NCBI GenBank assembly: GCA_020536535.1
Contig: JAHLWZ010000955.1
Coordinates: 1-38,708 of the forward strand
Reading direction: 5' to 3'
Origin: Pelomyxa schiedti
Taxonomy: Eukaryota; Protista; Evosea
DNA: 38,708 bases
The notes below the pieces were generated by a model that had not been told where the DNA came from, ran no database searches, and was given only the letters and a program-made list of their open reading frames with translations. Positions 10,235 through 22,374 of the stretch are shown here, piece by piece. Numbering within the stretch: the first letter of the stretch is position 1; every line of letters begins with the position of its first letter. The position numbers and the translations under genes are program-made.

Positions 10235-12844
10235 TCAAGTGAGGGACACGCCGTAGAGGCCGAGGTAAGACTCCACTTGTTTGGGAATTGCAGCAAGAAC
10301 CTGTGCCCTCAGTACCTTCTTCTTTATCTTTCCACCTTGTGTGCAGTCACTCAGCTTCCCCACCTTTTGTTTTGAGTGTGAGGTTAGTGTTATTGTTGTG
10401 TTTGCAGGGGAAAAACCTGGACAATGTCACGTGCAGCCTTCACTGTCCCGCCATCGGGTGTGGTGAATGTGAGGGGCACTGTGTGAGAGTCGAGCTGGAA
10501 CAAGTAGTGAAAGTCTGTTTCGGGGCCAACTCCAACAAGAACAATGGATATCGGGAGGGCACTGGCTCGAATTATTGATTTGTGGGTATCTGTTTGTTGT
10601 TGTTTTGTTTAGTTTTGATTAGTTTGTTGTTCCCTGTGCGTTTGAAAAAAGTGTCTGTGCTTCTCCTTCATACAGGATACTGGCCATTGTTTGTTGTCGA
10701 AACGGTTACTTACAATCAATGGTGAATTCATCTCCTGCAACGAATATGCATAGGACCATGTACTCTTGTGGAAGCTTGTTGAGGGGTGCCCCTTGACCTT
10801 TCAACTCAAGGACATCACATGCATGGTTGATTGCCTGACACAGAAAGTTACAGTCCGTGACGCTGCAGAGATATATACCTGATAAAAGTCGTGGCCAATG
10901 AAGTGCCTATTTTTTGCTCTCCACGTGGTCTCCCCTGAATCAATACTCTCCATTTTGATATGATACATGGTGGGAAGCATGTTGTTATAGGATCTGAGTG
11001 CTCCCTTGACACCTTTTTTGCAGGCACCATCATATTTGCCGATCCCAACGACAGGAGTATACTCGTCAGTACCATAGCAAAACCTATCAGTGCATGAAAG
11101 GAAGGAGTGATATTTGTTTGACGGAGGAACAAAACTAAAAAAAAAAACATGCGCACATGTGTATTATCTCGTCGCTCGTGTAAGATTTCAGAACCTTTCC
11201 GAACGCTCTAATGCATGTCTCATACTGCCAAATGGAAATGGAAAACGTTAGGGAAATGGCGCAGAGTTGAGTGGGGAAAGTTAACTTGGTACTCGCCGAT
11301 TATTTTGCATGCCTCAAGCTGGTCGTTTCCAACCAAAACTTGGTCCAACACCAGCCAGGGGGAAATTTTCAGGCCGAGGCTGAGCGACTGCAAGAATGTT
11401 ACGGGGGGCCAGATGTGGGGATATGTTCTTTCAGAGTTGGTGACAATCGGATGCGACTGAAGCGATTCAACTTCCTTGGCCACCAGATGCCGACGCAGTA
11501 CTTTCTTGGTGAATGTGACGGTTACCTTTGTTTCATTACACTTCGGCCATTGTGGAAGGGAATAATAAGCATACAGTTCCAGTGGGAGTAACAGGACAAA
11601 TCTTTGTTGTAACTCCAGGGAGTATATTGGCCATTTCAAGGATGTCAAAGGGGAATTCACAACTTCCAAGAGAAACATCTCTGAACGTGTTATGATCGTA
11701 AAGACGAATTGAACCACCAGAGACTTCATTTTAGGTATGTGAATCAAAAGGATAATGTGAAATGCAACAACACTCTGGGCCAGTGACATCAACAGGTTTC
11801 CACTCTGGATTCAAAGTCTTTTTTATATATTCACTCTTGTGTATAACCGTGTGACGCCCAATTTCCCACACTGTGAAGAGAATTAATTGTGGGTTTGACG
11901 ACAAAGGACTTCACCAAAATAGGGATCTGATGTTCCTCCTCTGTCAGCAGCACGCAGATTTGACGCACTGATTTTAAAAAGCATTTTAAATTTATTGTTC
12001 CTTTATCAATTGTCAGTAGAACAAACTGGGGAAAAGACTACCAGACAGGGTTTGTGTAGATCTCCCTGATAACAAGCTGGTCCCCAACAATAGGAGGAAT
12101 AAAAGAGACACCAGGAGGAGCAATATGTGGCATGAGGTCCAAAGCACGCACAAAAAGCTTTCCAGGCATCAAAGGTGGTTGCTGCTTCACGGTGATTACT
12201 TTTCCTGATCTTTTTGTCACTTGAACCATTGGAAGAGGGCTGTCCAAGTGCTTGATCGTGCACCCAAAAAAAAAAAACCAGTCAAAATGAGGCATAGTGA
12301 CAATCAAGAAGAGATGAAACTTGCCTCATGGAGGTCAAGGAACTGAGGTGCACATCCCGTTCGGCTCTGAATGAAACCCAACTTGACCAACTTAGCAAGT
12401 TTAATCTTTGTCTCCCAAAATCGCGGTTGGCCTTCAAACAACACACGCAGGATGAACTTTTTGCTGTCCACGAAACTATACTGCACCGCAACCGGAACAG
12501 AGAAAGACGTCACCAGGGCGGGGTTGAACGAATCTGCCGCAGTTGCTTCACCATGAGGGCTGGCACTTAGAGACGGTGTGGTTGGTGTGATCCATTCTGT
12601 CTGGCCAACAACCAGAGGTGGCCCTGGGTTCTTCTTCCCACTTTTCACAGAGACAACCACCTGCCGTGCATCATTATCTCACAAGAAAGCGCACAGAGGG
12701 AGTGATTATGCTAAAAAAACAAAAAAAGGGAGAGTGCAATGAATGGGGGTAAAAGCCAACCTGACACCGAGCGTGTACGTTGTAGGCGGAGAAAAACAAG
12801 TGCAGGGGCACCCCTGTGCTCATTGTGGCTGTTGTTGCACTCAT
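10235..12844 (-). CDS. Divergent copine-family protein (C2-C2-vWA)
   Basis: C2A (LHLFFSAYN..VGQTEWI..FNP). C2B (ISASNLRAADRGGTSDPYF..HKSEYIKKTLNPEW..LYDHN). vWA part (YETCIRAFGKVLKSY; SIIRASALPISIVLVGVG; AARDIVQ; VLAAIPKQVESYL) follows the copine consensus. Confidence 0.88.
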
Positions 12845-13064
12845 CCTCTATTTTTCGAGTTCTTTCTTTCCGGATAAAAAAAAAGCCGTTAAAGAGGCAT
12901 TCTGTTCAAGTTTGGCTTGTGTTCATCAGAACACCGGACGGAACGTGATGTGCTTCTCGACTTTTTTCCCTGAAGGCAACCGACAGTACTATCTGAACCC
13001 CAAATGGAGGCAGACGCACCCCCGCAAAAAACACATACACAGTAATTAATATAAATTGTGGGCC

Positions 13065-14523
13065 TCACTCCCAGCTTGGTGTATAGGCCAAGATGGAAAC
13101 AATTCCGGTTTGGAACCAGTTGATACTTGCTGGATTGCTTCCAGACATGAAGTTTATCCAGCCACTTTTGTCATGCTTGGCATAGTGCTCAGTCCCAAGT
13201 GTGGTGATTCGAAGCCATATTGTGTGCCGGACATTTCCTTCAATATAGCGAGTCACTACGTGGTGCCGTTGCATGTTACAGGCCTGCATTGCTCTTCCAC
13301 CTGGGAATAGTGGTGCAAAGTTTATTAAGTGATTTGACTTTGTGTATTTGGTGTACAGACCAGCAGAAATTAACATCTGAGCCTGTCTGTCAGCGACATC
13401 AGAACCTGATAGGGATACACTGCCACGGAACATAAGTACAGATATATATATGCCTTGGAAATGAATTGTTAAACTCGGAAAACTATGGCGACATAAGAGT
13501 GTGTTGTGAATAACCTGCCGAGAGCAAGATAGAGTCATTTCTAACCCATGCAGGACGATGTCTTTTCTGAGGGAACACAACAAGTTCAGTATCACCAACA
13601 GGCGTTCTTGGTGCAGGGGTCACGCTGCAAGAACGATGCTCACCTGGTGTGGAGGCTGCACTGCAACAACTTTGTCGGACTTGGGCGGGAGTCGCGCTGC
13701 AAGAGCTCTGCCCAAACGGGAGATCATCAGGGAGTTCTCCATACTGGAATGTCGTGGTAGTGGTGGTAGTGGTTGTTGTGGTTGTGGTGGTTTGTTGTAC
13801 AAAAGGCCCAGTGCCAATGGGACTTGGTGTTTTTGAGCTGTCGCCACTCTTTCTCCTGGCTAGGAATGTTACAAAGTGCATGCCCCACATTATGGCATAC
13901 ATTTTGGCCTTGATTTGAGTTCAAATGTTGGGCTGAACAATTTCAAACCAGGGTTATTTTTCATGTCTGCAGAGATGAGAATTGAGCCTCCCAAGTGTTG
14001 CCTTTAAGGGTGTTACAAAAAATATTTTGACAAACCAGCCACAGAAGACTTGAGTGTTGGATGAACTCACTTTGAAGAACTGCACAGGGCCTTTACTTCA
14101 AAAACAAACTGCTCAATTTGGAGGTTATCCTGTGTGAAGGAGCGCTTATCTCTACATGTGATTTTGACCACATTTCCATTCTGTTTGTTGCACTTTGTGC
14201 ATGATACAGCTTTTTTTTTTTGAAATTATAACAGTAAGGAGGCAGATTAAAGATACAAAAGGTGGTCATACATGAGCCGTCTTTGCTCAGCCGCACATTG
14301 GCGGAAACAAACATTTTCTCCACATCAGAGTTGGTCAGCCTGTGCTCGGCACGCCACCCACTGCAACAAGTTACAGTCATCTAATGAAACGGTACAGTGA
14401 GGGAGCTAGTTACATTTCACGAAAAAGGCTTACAGTCGTGGTCCTATTGAAGACCATCTGCAGTGTTTTGAGGCCAATGTAGGGCTTGGCTCGAAGCAAC
14501 TCTATCTGATGCCCCTCGTTCAT
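13065..14523 (-). CDS. Putative CudA-like transcriptional regulator with Thr-rich linker
   Basis: Spliced N-terminal domain VSCTKC..FVFEVKALCSSSKQHLGG..FELKSR recalls the amoebozoan CudA core (from memory). It is followed by poly-Thr and a separate C-terminal domain. Confidence 0.5.
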
Positions 14524-14862
14524 CGTTTAGGGACCTCCACGGCGTTTTCGGCTTTCAGCGCAGCCCAATGCAGTATGACCCTACCTAAATGAAAACTGCG
14601 CAGGATCAAACAAATGAAACGTTGTCTTTTTGGGGAATTCTCTCAAGTGATTCGGCTGTCCTTCGCGTTACGTGAGATCGATCACCTTGCCTGGCATTGT
14701 CCATTTCCCGAAGGAATCAGACCAACAACTCCCAATTACACTAAGAACGAAGAGTGGACGTTCACCCACATGCCCTGAGTTTGGCCAGACATTCAGATTG
14801 GCCAGTGGGACAGCTCAGAGTTGTTCAGTCATAGAATTGTGAAGTTAACAGATTTTACACAC

Positions 14863-17728
14863 ATGAAGGCTTTCCTAGACGAACACGTGGGTGGGTTGTG
14901 GCCGGAACCAAGCGCCGATGACGACAACGAAGCAGTGACGGAGTTGTGTCGGAGTAAGTTGAGATCTGCCACGGAGGCAGCGAGGTCACGGGAGCCCGGG
15001 GGTGTTTTTGTGCCTGTGCAGTTGCCCATGGTTACATTGGCAAAGGAGAAGGTGCTACTTTTGGGTTACTGATTGATTGAATGGAACTGATTGTTGTTTT
15101 GAGTGCAGGCAGAAGCTGTGAGGGTCGAATGTGAATCATCACGCGGTTTTGTGAAGACTGCAGCGCAGCAACTGAATTCTTGCATGCAATCCCAGCAGGA
15201 GATAAACGAAGTTAGATTGGTTGTGGATCAACTGCGCACTCAGTATGCGTTGGTTGAGTACTTTCAGGTATTTTTAGTGAATCAGGTCGTATGATTTGAC
15301 CGTCACAGGAATTCCACAACATTGCTAAACTCACTCGAGCTGCAGAGGATGCCATTTCTGCCCGTGACTTCTCAGCAGCTACTTCGATTGTCAATCAACT
15401 CAGTCAGGCAATTGTTTCCACTAAAAATCCGGACTGCAAGAGATTTTTGATTATAGCAAGACTCAAGCATGCTCAGATTTCCACTAAACTATGTGAAACT
15501 GCAGTCATGTGCTTGAAGGCGGGTATGTTCCCACTTCATGAAACACCCACTGAGGGCAACTTTCAGCACTGAAGAATATGAATTGGCCCATGGGGAGGAT
15601 GGGGCTTGGCATGAGTAAAGAGGCTCTCGATACTGACAAGCTAAATGAATTCAAAAAAGCCTTTACTTCTCTAAACGCTCTTAATCTTTCAGGTCTCTAC
15701 CCTATAATAATAAGATCCACTGAGTTTGATTAGGGAACATAAACCCAAAAACTTCTTCTGACCCTCGTTCTTTGGCTGGATTTCAAATCATGTGCCTTAT
15801 GTTAGCTAAGCGGTTCAGGTACCATTTTGGTGTGAACCAACGTGACAAGCCGTCATGTCAGGCATTCAAACCGGAGTGGTATTTAACGCACATTCTTAAC
15901 CTAGTAGAAGACCGTGCGTAACTTCCTTATGAAACCCATCACTAACAAACTCTCAATAGAGGCACCTTTTTTTACGAACCATGTACAAGAACTCATAGGT
16001 CCTACCTACAACGCCCTGGAAGGGTTGATTGCTTTATTGGTCTTGGAAGCAAGTAGTAGAATCAAGGCAGATATCATGCTAGTGAAGGCGAACACAAACT
16101 GGGTAGGATTAATGTTACTAATCAATCAGTCGCTCTAATCTTATTTTAACACAGGGAACGAAGCAGCAAGCTGCAGTGCTGCTGGGGATGATGTCTAAGA
16201 TATTTGCATTCGAGAACGACTTGCTTTCCCGATATAACTACCCTTCCTCTTCCTGGGGTCCTACCTGTACTGAGGCTATTGAACGAGATTCCCAGACTTT
16301 GAATTTTTGGTTGCAGGTTCGTTTGCTTTATTTTTCGCGAGATAAACCGTTTTCTAGATGGAGAGAGAGACCTCAGATTCTCAGGTCACAGAGATAACTC
16401 AAGCACCAAATGCATGGGAACTGTGGCCAGGTACAGGAGGTGTTTCACATGTAGGTAGACTTTCACCCAAAGACAACAAACCAAGAAATAAAATCATATT
16501 GAAACCAGATTTCTCCACATTTGAAGAGATATCACATATGGATCCCCTCAAACCGACAGTTTCCGCTCGTCAAATTTGCGAATTGCTCCTTGCCTTTACC
16601 TCCCGCATAGAACACGCAGACATTAGTGCAAATCGGGAACAGTTTATTGCCCAAGTTATCATTCCCGTATTACAGAGATACTTGCATGACATTACTGTGT
16701 GTAGAGGACCTGGGAGGGTGCCAGTTGTTGCCTCTTTATCGGCTTCATCATCAATTTTATTGGGGGATGGGGTCATGGGTATTGCACCTAAATCGGCTGC
16801 AAGAGTTGGGGAGCAGGAGGGTGCAGTACTGGGTGACCTATGGACACACTGTGCCCTTGTAAACTCTTGTAACTATTGCGTATATGCAATGGAGGACTGG
16901 TCAAGTTACTGGGTCTTCCTAGATATGGCACCACAATCACGAAAAGTAGTAAGTGCGGTACGTAACTCGAGTTGTGACATTTGAGTAGACAACACCGGCA
17001 TCAGAAGACTCTATTTTTGCCTCTGTGACAAATCAGTATCTCAGAATGCGAAAAGATTTGCTGAAACGAGTTATATCCAAGATACAAGATGGAATCCCTC
17101 CATTAATGGAATTGTATTTTAGGCACATGGTACTTGTTTGGTGGATTTTTCCCCTCACTGACACTAATTTTTCTTTTTTTCTAAAAAAAAAAAAACAAGC
17201 AATGGAGAGGTTATACTGATACAGTGCAGCAAGTAGCTCCAAACACTTCCCCAGTAATTTGTGAAATAATGAGAAACATTTCCATCCGGTTGGAAGTGGC
17301 ACGGTGTGCCCTTGCACAGAACCTATTCCAAAAAGCATGGCCAAGTGTCTTGCAGTCACTGAACAATCTGGTGAGCAATGCTTTCTTTTCTGAAAATGAT
17401 GGACTAAGGGTTCTTTTCCTGCCAGATATTCGGGAAAGTATTGACCTATTGCCAAACGCTTTCCATGAGCGACGACGACGGGAAGCAATTCACGCACGAC
17501 ATGGAGTGCGTCCTCTCGCCATTCGCACTCTACACAAGCAACCCCATGAACATCACTAAAGAGGTAAAAGACACGTGCACCATTCTGTCAGCACCCACAG
17601 TAGACCTCTTTCCGCCCAACTCATCACCCGACGTATCTGCAATCACGGCTCTTACCAAAGCCCTCCGGCTCTCCAAGCTCGGTCCCGAGAACGTCAAGAA
17701 GATTCTTTCTGTTCGCTCGCTCTCCTGA
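14863..17728 (+). CDS. RINT1: RINT1/TIP20-family ER tethering complex subunit
   Basis: Signature KRFRYHFG..KPEWYLTHIL, upstream MNWP motif, later LVNSCNYC..MEDW and GKQFTHDM. The start codon is uncertain. Confidence 0.85.
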
Positions 17729-17822
17729 TGCCCTTCTCTTCTAGGGCGGATCTCAAAAAAAATTTTTTTTGTTTCTTTTTAGACAAAGGAAAAAAAACTT
17801 TCATCACAGCAGTCGAGTAGTG

Positions 17823-18288
17823 ATGTCTGCGTCAGGTGCCTCCGGGTTAAAATTCAAAAACATGGACGTGGTCCAGATCACTCGCGTTGCGATGGACAAA
17901 ATCTGTGTTGGCTCCAAATGTGCGTAGTTAATTTGAATCCATAATACGGTCGTGTTTCTACGTTGTTTGTCTGTAATTAATTAATGTTACTTGTCTGTTT
18001 CCTTCTTAATGGAACCACTACACAACAGGTGCATTATGCTGCACTTTATTTTCCATATGGGGAGTTGGAATGCTAGTAGTGTTGGCAGCCAAGCTAGATT
18101 ACCGGGGTGTATCACTGATGGAAATTTCGGATATTGACTCTGCCAGAACTAACATGTACATTGCCGCTGCATGCTATGGAATCTTCGTTGTTTTTTGTGG
18201 ACTGCGGTTCGCGTACTTGCTCATGAAAGGCTATGCACAATCACGAGCAGCAGCGGCCGCGGCTGGCAGCAGCTCCTCGGTGTTATGA
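17823..18288 (+). CDS. RNASEK: Ribonuclease kappa / V-ATPase subunit f family (2 TM)
   Basis: Two exons splice to ICVGSKCALCCTLFSIWGVGMLVVL..NMYIAAACYGIFVVFC, matching the family pattern CGPK..C...S.WG..ML / N..IAA..Y. Confidence 0.8.
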
Positions 18289-18596
18289 GCTCATCTATCT
18301 ATTTCCACCTATGCACCCCAACTTGTGAATCAAGATAACCTGTTTCTGTCTTTCTTAAGAGTCTATAGACAGGGAGAAGGATGGAACAGTAATCCTCTCG
18401 TCAATTTCATGAATGCGTATTTGTTCTTGGTTGTTTTAAGCTATCTCAGTCCCAGCTTTACACGGACGAGTGTACTAGTCTATTGCTCGAGGATAGTACG
18501 TTCTCTAGTTACTCAGTTGGTGAAAGCGCCCGGTAACTCAAAGCAGGACCATTACCGGCACTGAATTGCCAAACAAACGGGGAATGCAAAATTTTT

Positions 18597-20769
18597 TTAT
18601 TTTACTTTGATGAAATCGACGTCGTAGTAGAGGGCTGGTATTTGGAAACTTAATATGTTCCCTTGTGTGTCAGCCTTGAAGAATAACCAGTTACCCATTC
18701 CGGACCCAAACTCAATTTCCATGCAGCCGGCTGTGGGTGAGAACTTACACAGGTTAGTTTACGGTGTGATTCGAGGTGGGATACAGCATATTCAATAATC
18801 TGGAAAGTAAGATCGCCTTGATAGGACATAACGTATTCACTTTGGGGGTGATTACTTGATGGGTAAAAAAAAAGGGTATTACCTTGTTGTGACTCCAGGG
18901 AATTTTGACACAAGCATTCCTTCTTTGGGTTAGAACACGGTTTCCATTGAATGACTAAAACCAGTTCGCTGAGATATCATCAATGTCAGGACACTTCCTT
19001 CCATCATGTAGGCACCAACAAATTTTTCAGGGTTTGGTGGTGCCTGGGGAGATGGTTGCTTTTTCTGGAGGTAGGAGACAAATTCCGGAACGAAGATATC
19101 AGATACAACAACTTGGTATTCAGTCTGATCAATAGCTGTAAGAATTAGTGCAACTAAACGGTCAACATTTTGCATACACCCGGCTCCGTTGATGAAAATG
19201 GAGATACCAAGCTGTAATTCAGGAATAAATGTCATTATGCTTCCATAGCCCTGTATATTTCCGCACTTCGTAACAAGGAGATGGTCATTGTAATAATAGT
19301 TCTCCCAAGGCATGCCTGATACAACTAAGAAGCAAAGAAAAGGTATGTTAGAATACCAAAACCACTCTTCCCTTCTGGGTTCCATTGGGAAGGATGTAAC
19401 CATTCTCTTACAGTTTCTCCATCCAAAACCATACCATCACTGGGAGAGTATGAATCATACCAACGAAGGAAGAATTTGAGATATTTGGCAAAGTCGGCTT
19501 AGAAAAATGTAAGCCCGCGTGAAAACAATAAAAGAAAGAACCAGACGAAGAGTACATCTGTCCACTGGGTGCTGCCCAGTTTAAGTTGGAAAGGGGTGCT
19601 GCATAACCCCTGGCCATCCGAGAAATGACATCCTGTAACTGATCAGCATCATTTTTTTAGTGAACAGAAAGCATACATCGGTGAATTCAAATCCTGTTGA
19701 AGTCATTCCAAGTGGTGTCAAAATACTTTGGGTTACATAATCTTCATAAGACATTCCAAATGTTGTCTCCAGGAGGCGGCCTGAGAAATCGTTGATACCA
19801 CTGCCGAAGCACAGAATCGAAGGAAGTCTAACCAATAAGGCCAAAGCCAAGGTTTGAGTATGATGGCCGAGTCCCGGGCGGCATGATTAGAGGCATCAGC
19901 TTTACTCTAAATCGTATTTCTATCAACACAACGAGGAAACAAAATGCACCTTTCAAGAATGGTTGCTGTGTCTTCAGTGCATAGTTCATTGGAAGTTGTA
20001 GGCGAGCACGGAATTTCGCGGGGAAGCCCCCCAACTTGTGATGCCACTTGTCTAGAACCAAATGGGCTCATTTTATTAAATTGAGGTAGGTTCAAACCTC
20101 CAAGTCGGTCCGCCCCTGGTAGTCTCCCACTGGTTTGGCATATAGAATTCAGGAAACATTTCAGAAATGGGCTGATTCAGGGATGTGATTTTCCCAGCCT
20201 CATGTTGCTGGAGCATACTCAAGACTGCAAACGTTTTACTCATTGAAGCAATCCTTCCACCAGAGTCAGAATTTTGCAGTGGCTATAACAAGGAAAAAGC
20301 CACAAGACACGTACCTGTAAATGGTGTCAGCAGTTGGGACCATTGTATTCTCAGCATCAGTGAATCCAAATGCCCCAAACCACAAGTCCACGTCACGATA
20401 CACAATCTGAACCACAACTGACGAATGGTTGTTAGCCAGCCTGGTCATTTCAAGCTCAGCCTCCATTGCCTCCAAACTCAGCCTCAGGCTCTCGTCCTCG
20501 GCTGTGACATTCTCAACCGGGAACAGTCTCCACGGGCACCTTATCACCCGTCATCACTCAAGAAATTCGAAGGACAAAAACGACCCCAGAGAGGATTTGA
20601 TTGTGTTTGTTACGCACGTCCAATAGTCCCCAGTTGTGAGGGAATAGACGGCCTCGTCGAGTGCCCTGAGGCTCCTGCTTGTTGTTGCTGTCACAGTGGT
20701 GCTGAGAGCAACAATTACCAGGAAGACAACAAACCGGGCGGGAAAGTGGTTACTTGTTGGGAAGTGCAT
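18597..20769 (-). CDS. Secreted serine beta-lactamase/PBP-like hydrolase (class C / LACTBL1-like)
   Basis: Signal peptide; YRIASMSK (SxxK); GGLPRE; PGTRPSYSNLGF (YxN); ILTPLGMTSTGF; PSGQMYSS; TKCG triad. Confidence 0.88.
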
Positions 20770-20899
20770 TGGTTTGTTGTTACTGGTGGGTGGGCGCAAA
20801 AGAGGTTTATTTGTTTGTGCTTTTGGTATCCGAGATGATTCCTTGAAGAGACTTATATATCTGTGCAAGCGAATCGCACAATTCCCCAAAGGAACATCA

Positions 20900-22153
20900 T
20901 CACGGGTCACCAGAATGGCGAAGAAGGGGTTGCGTGATGCAAGTGGGCCCTGCTCTAATGTTAGCTGCAACAATTGGGGTTTTGGGAGGTGCTACTTACC
21001 ACCACATCCCTTGATACATATTTCGTTGCCCTTGAATGTGTGTACAGTGCAGCCAGCAGCTTCCAGGCGTTGTTTGACAATATTGTTTCCCTAAGTAGTT
21101 TCAGGGGAAAAAGAAACAGTTAAAATTTACCTCTAGCATGAGACATACTCGTGGTTTTATAGCAAGGACATTACATATGGAGTTATCTTGTTGAGTGAGA
21201 GGGAAAAAGTACCAAGTCATCATACCAGCATCAAATTCACTTGAAGAAACTTCCACGAAATTGATGCCTCGTCTAGTCAACTCTTGGAGGAAACAAACTG
21301 GCAGTAATGACTTGTTTACGAGGGCAAGATTTGGTGCTAACAGAGATATGACTGAAAGCAAATGTAGTAATTCCGAGGGGCCCTGCGAAAAGTTACCGGT
21401 TTTGTGAAACAATGCAAGTACCCTATAATGTGGAAGCTGCACAGGAATAACCGTGACACCAATTGCTCCCATAATGATTGTCATTTGACGAAGACCTTCC
21501 ATATTGGAACGATAGGTGAGCCCAACAGCAAGTGTACTTATGATAGATAAGAAGGGGGTGTTTGTTGGAGAGTTTACTTTTGGTCTAGCCAGAACATATC
21601 GCCCCCCTCCAGAGTTCCCTCTCCACTAATTTCCCCAAGGATAGGAATACCCAAGGATACCAAGTGTGCCCGAGCAGCAACAGGCTCACCTCGCCGCTGT
21701 GGCTTACCCATATTCAATATAACAGCACCGTGGTTCGTCATTAACTGTGGAACAAACAACAATAAGGAAAAGCAGGGGAAAAAAACTAATGTGAGTCACA
21801 CAATTGAATCATAGCTGTACAGAGAGTCCATTGTTGTGTTAGGATGTGCGGGTAAGATTTCAACAGAAACCCCATGTGATTCTAATGCCCTTATAAAATT
21901 ATCGTATTCACGTACTGCTTCGTTCTGCAGACCAAGTGTAAAGTGCCAAAATATCATATTCATGAGCGTGCGCTTATATTACAAAACAAACTAAACGCAC
22001 CAGGTCAGGGGGACCCAAAAATGCCAGGTCAGCCCATTGTCTCTGGATCGTTTCGGAGTCCTTGAACGCATTTCTTGGTGTCTTCAACAGCACTCGGCCA
22101 AGTCTGTGGCACGTCGATTGACCCCCAAACGTGCGCCCGCTCGTCGTGGTCAT
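20900..22153 (-). CDS. Amidinotransferase / DDAH / arginine deiminase superfamily (pentein) enzyme
   Basis: Spliced motifs MGKPQRRGE, TLEGGD, LLHLLSVIS, CNVLAI and C-terminal KGCGGPTCITQPLLR with the catalytic Cys; about 7 introns. Confidence 0.9.
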
Positions 22154-22374
22154 CCGCGGATATTGATTGAGATCTTCACATTTATGGGTAGACAGAAGCC
22201 AAAGGTAAACTCGGAAGAGTTCTGCCTTCCGTGTGGAAACTCTTCAGTGCTGTCAACGGTGAGAATAGACCAAGTTTCTTGGAGTCGCGGCGAGTTTTTT
22301 TGTTCCATTTTTTGTTTTCTTAAATTGATGGAAAAAAATGTGTTGAAAAAAAAAAAGTGAAGGTGCAGGTACAC

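Noticed and set aside
17224-17728. Apparent frameshift near the end of RINT1
   Set aside because: Resolved by the intron CTG|GTGAGC..CCAG|ATA ending at 17425.
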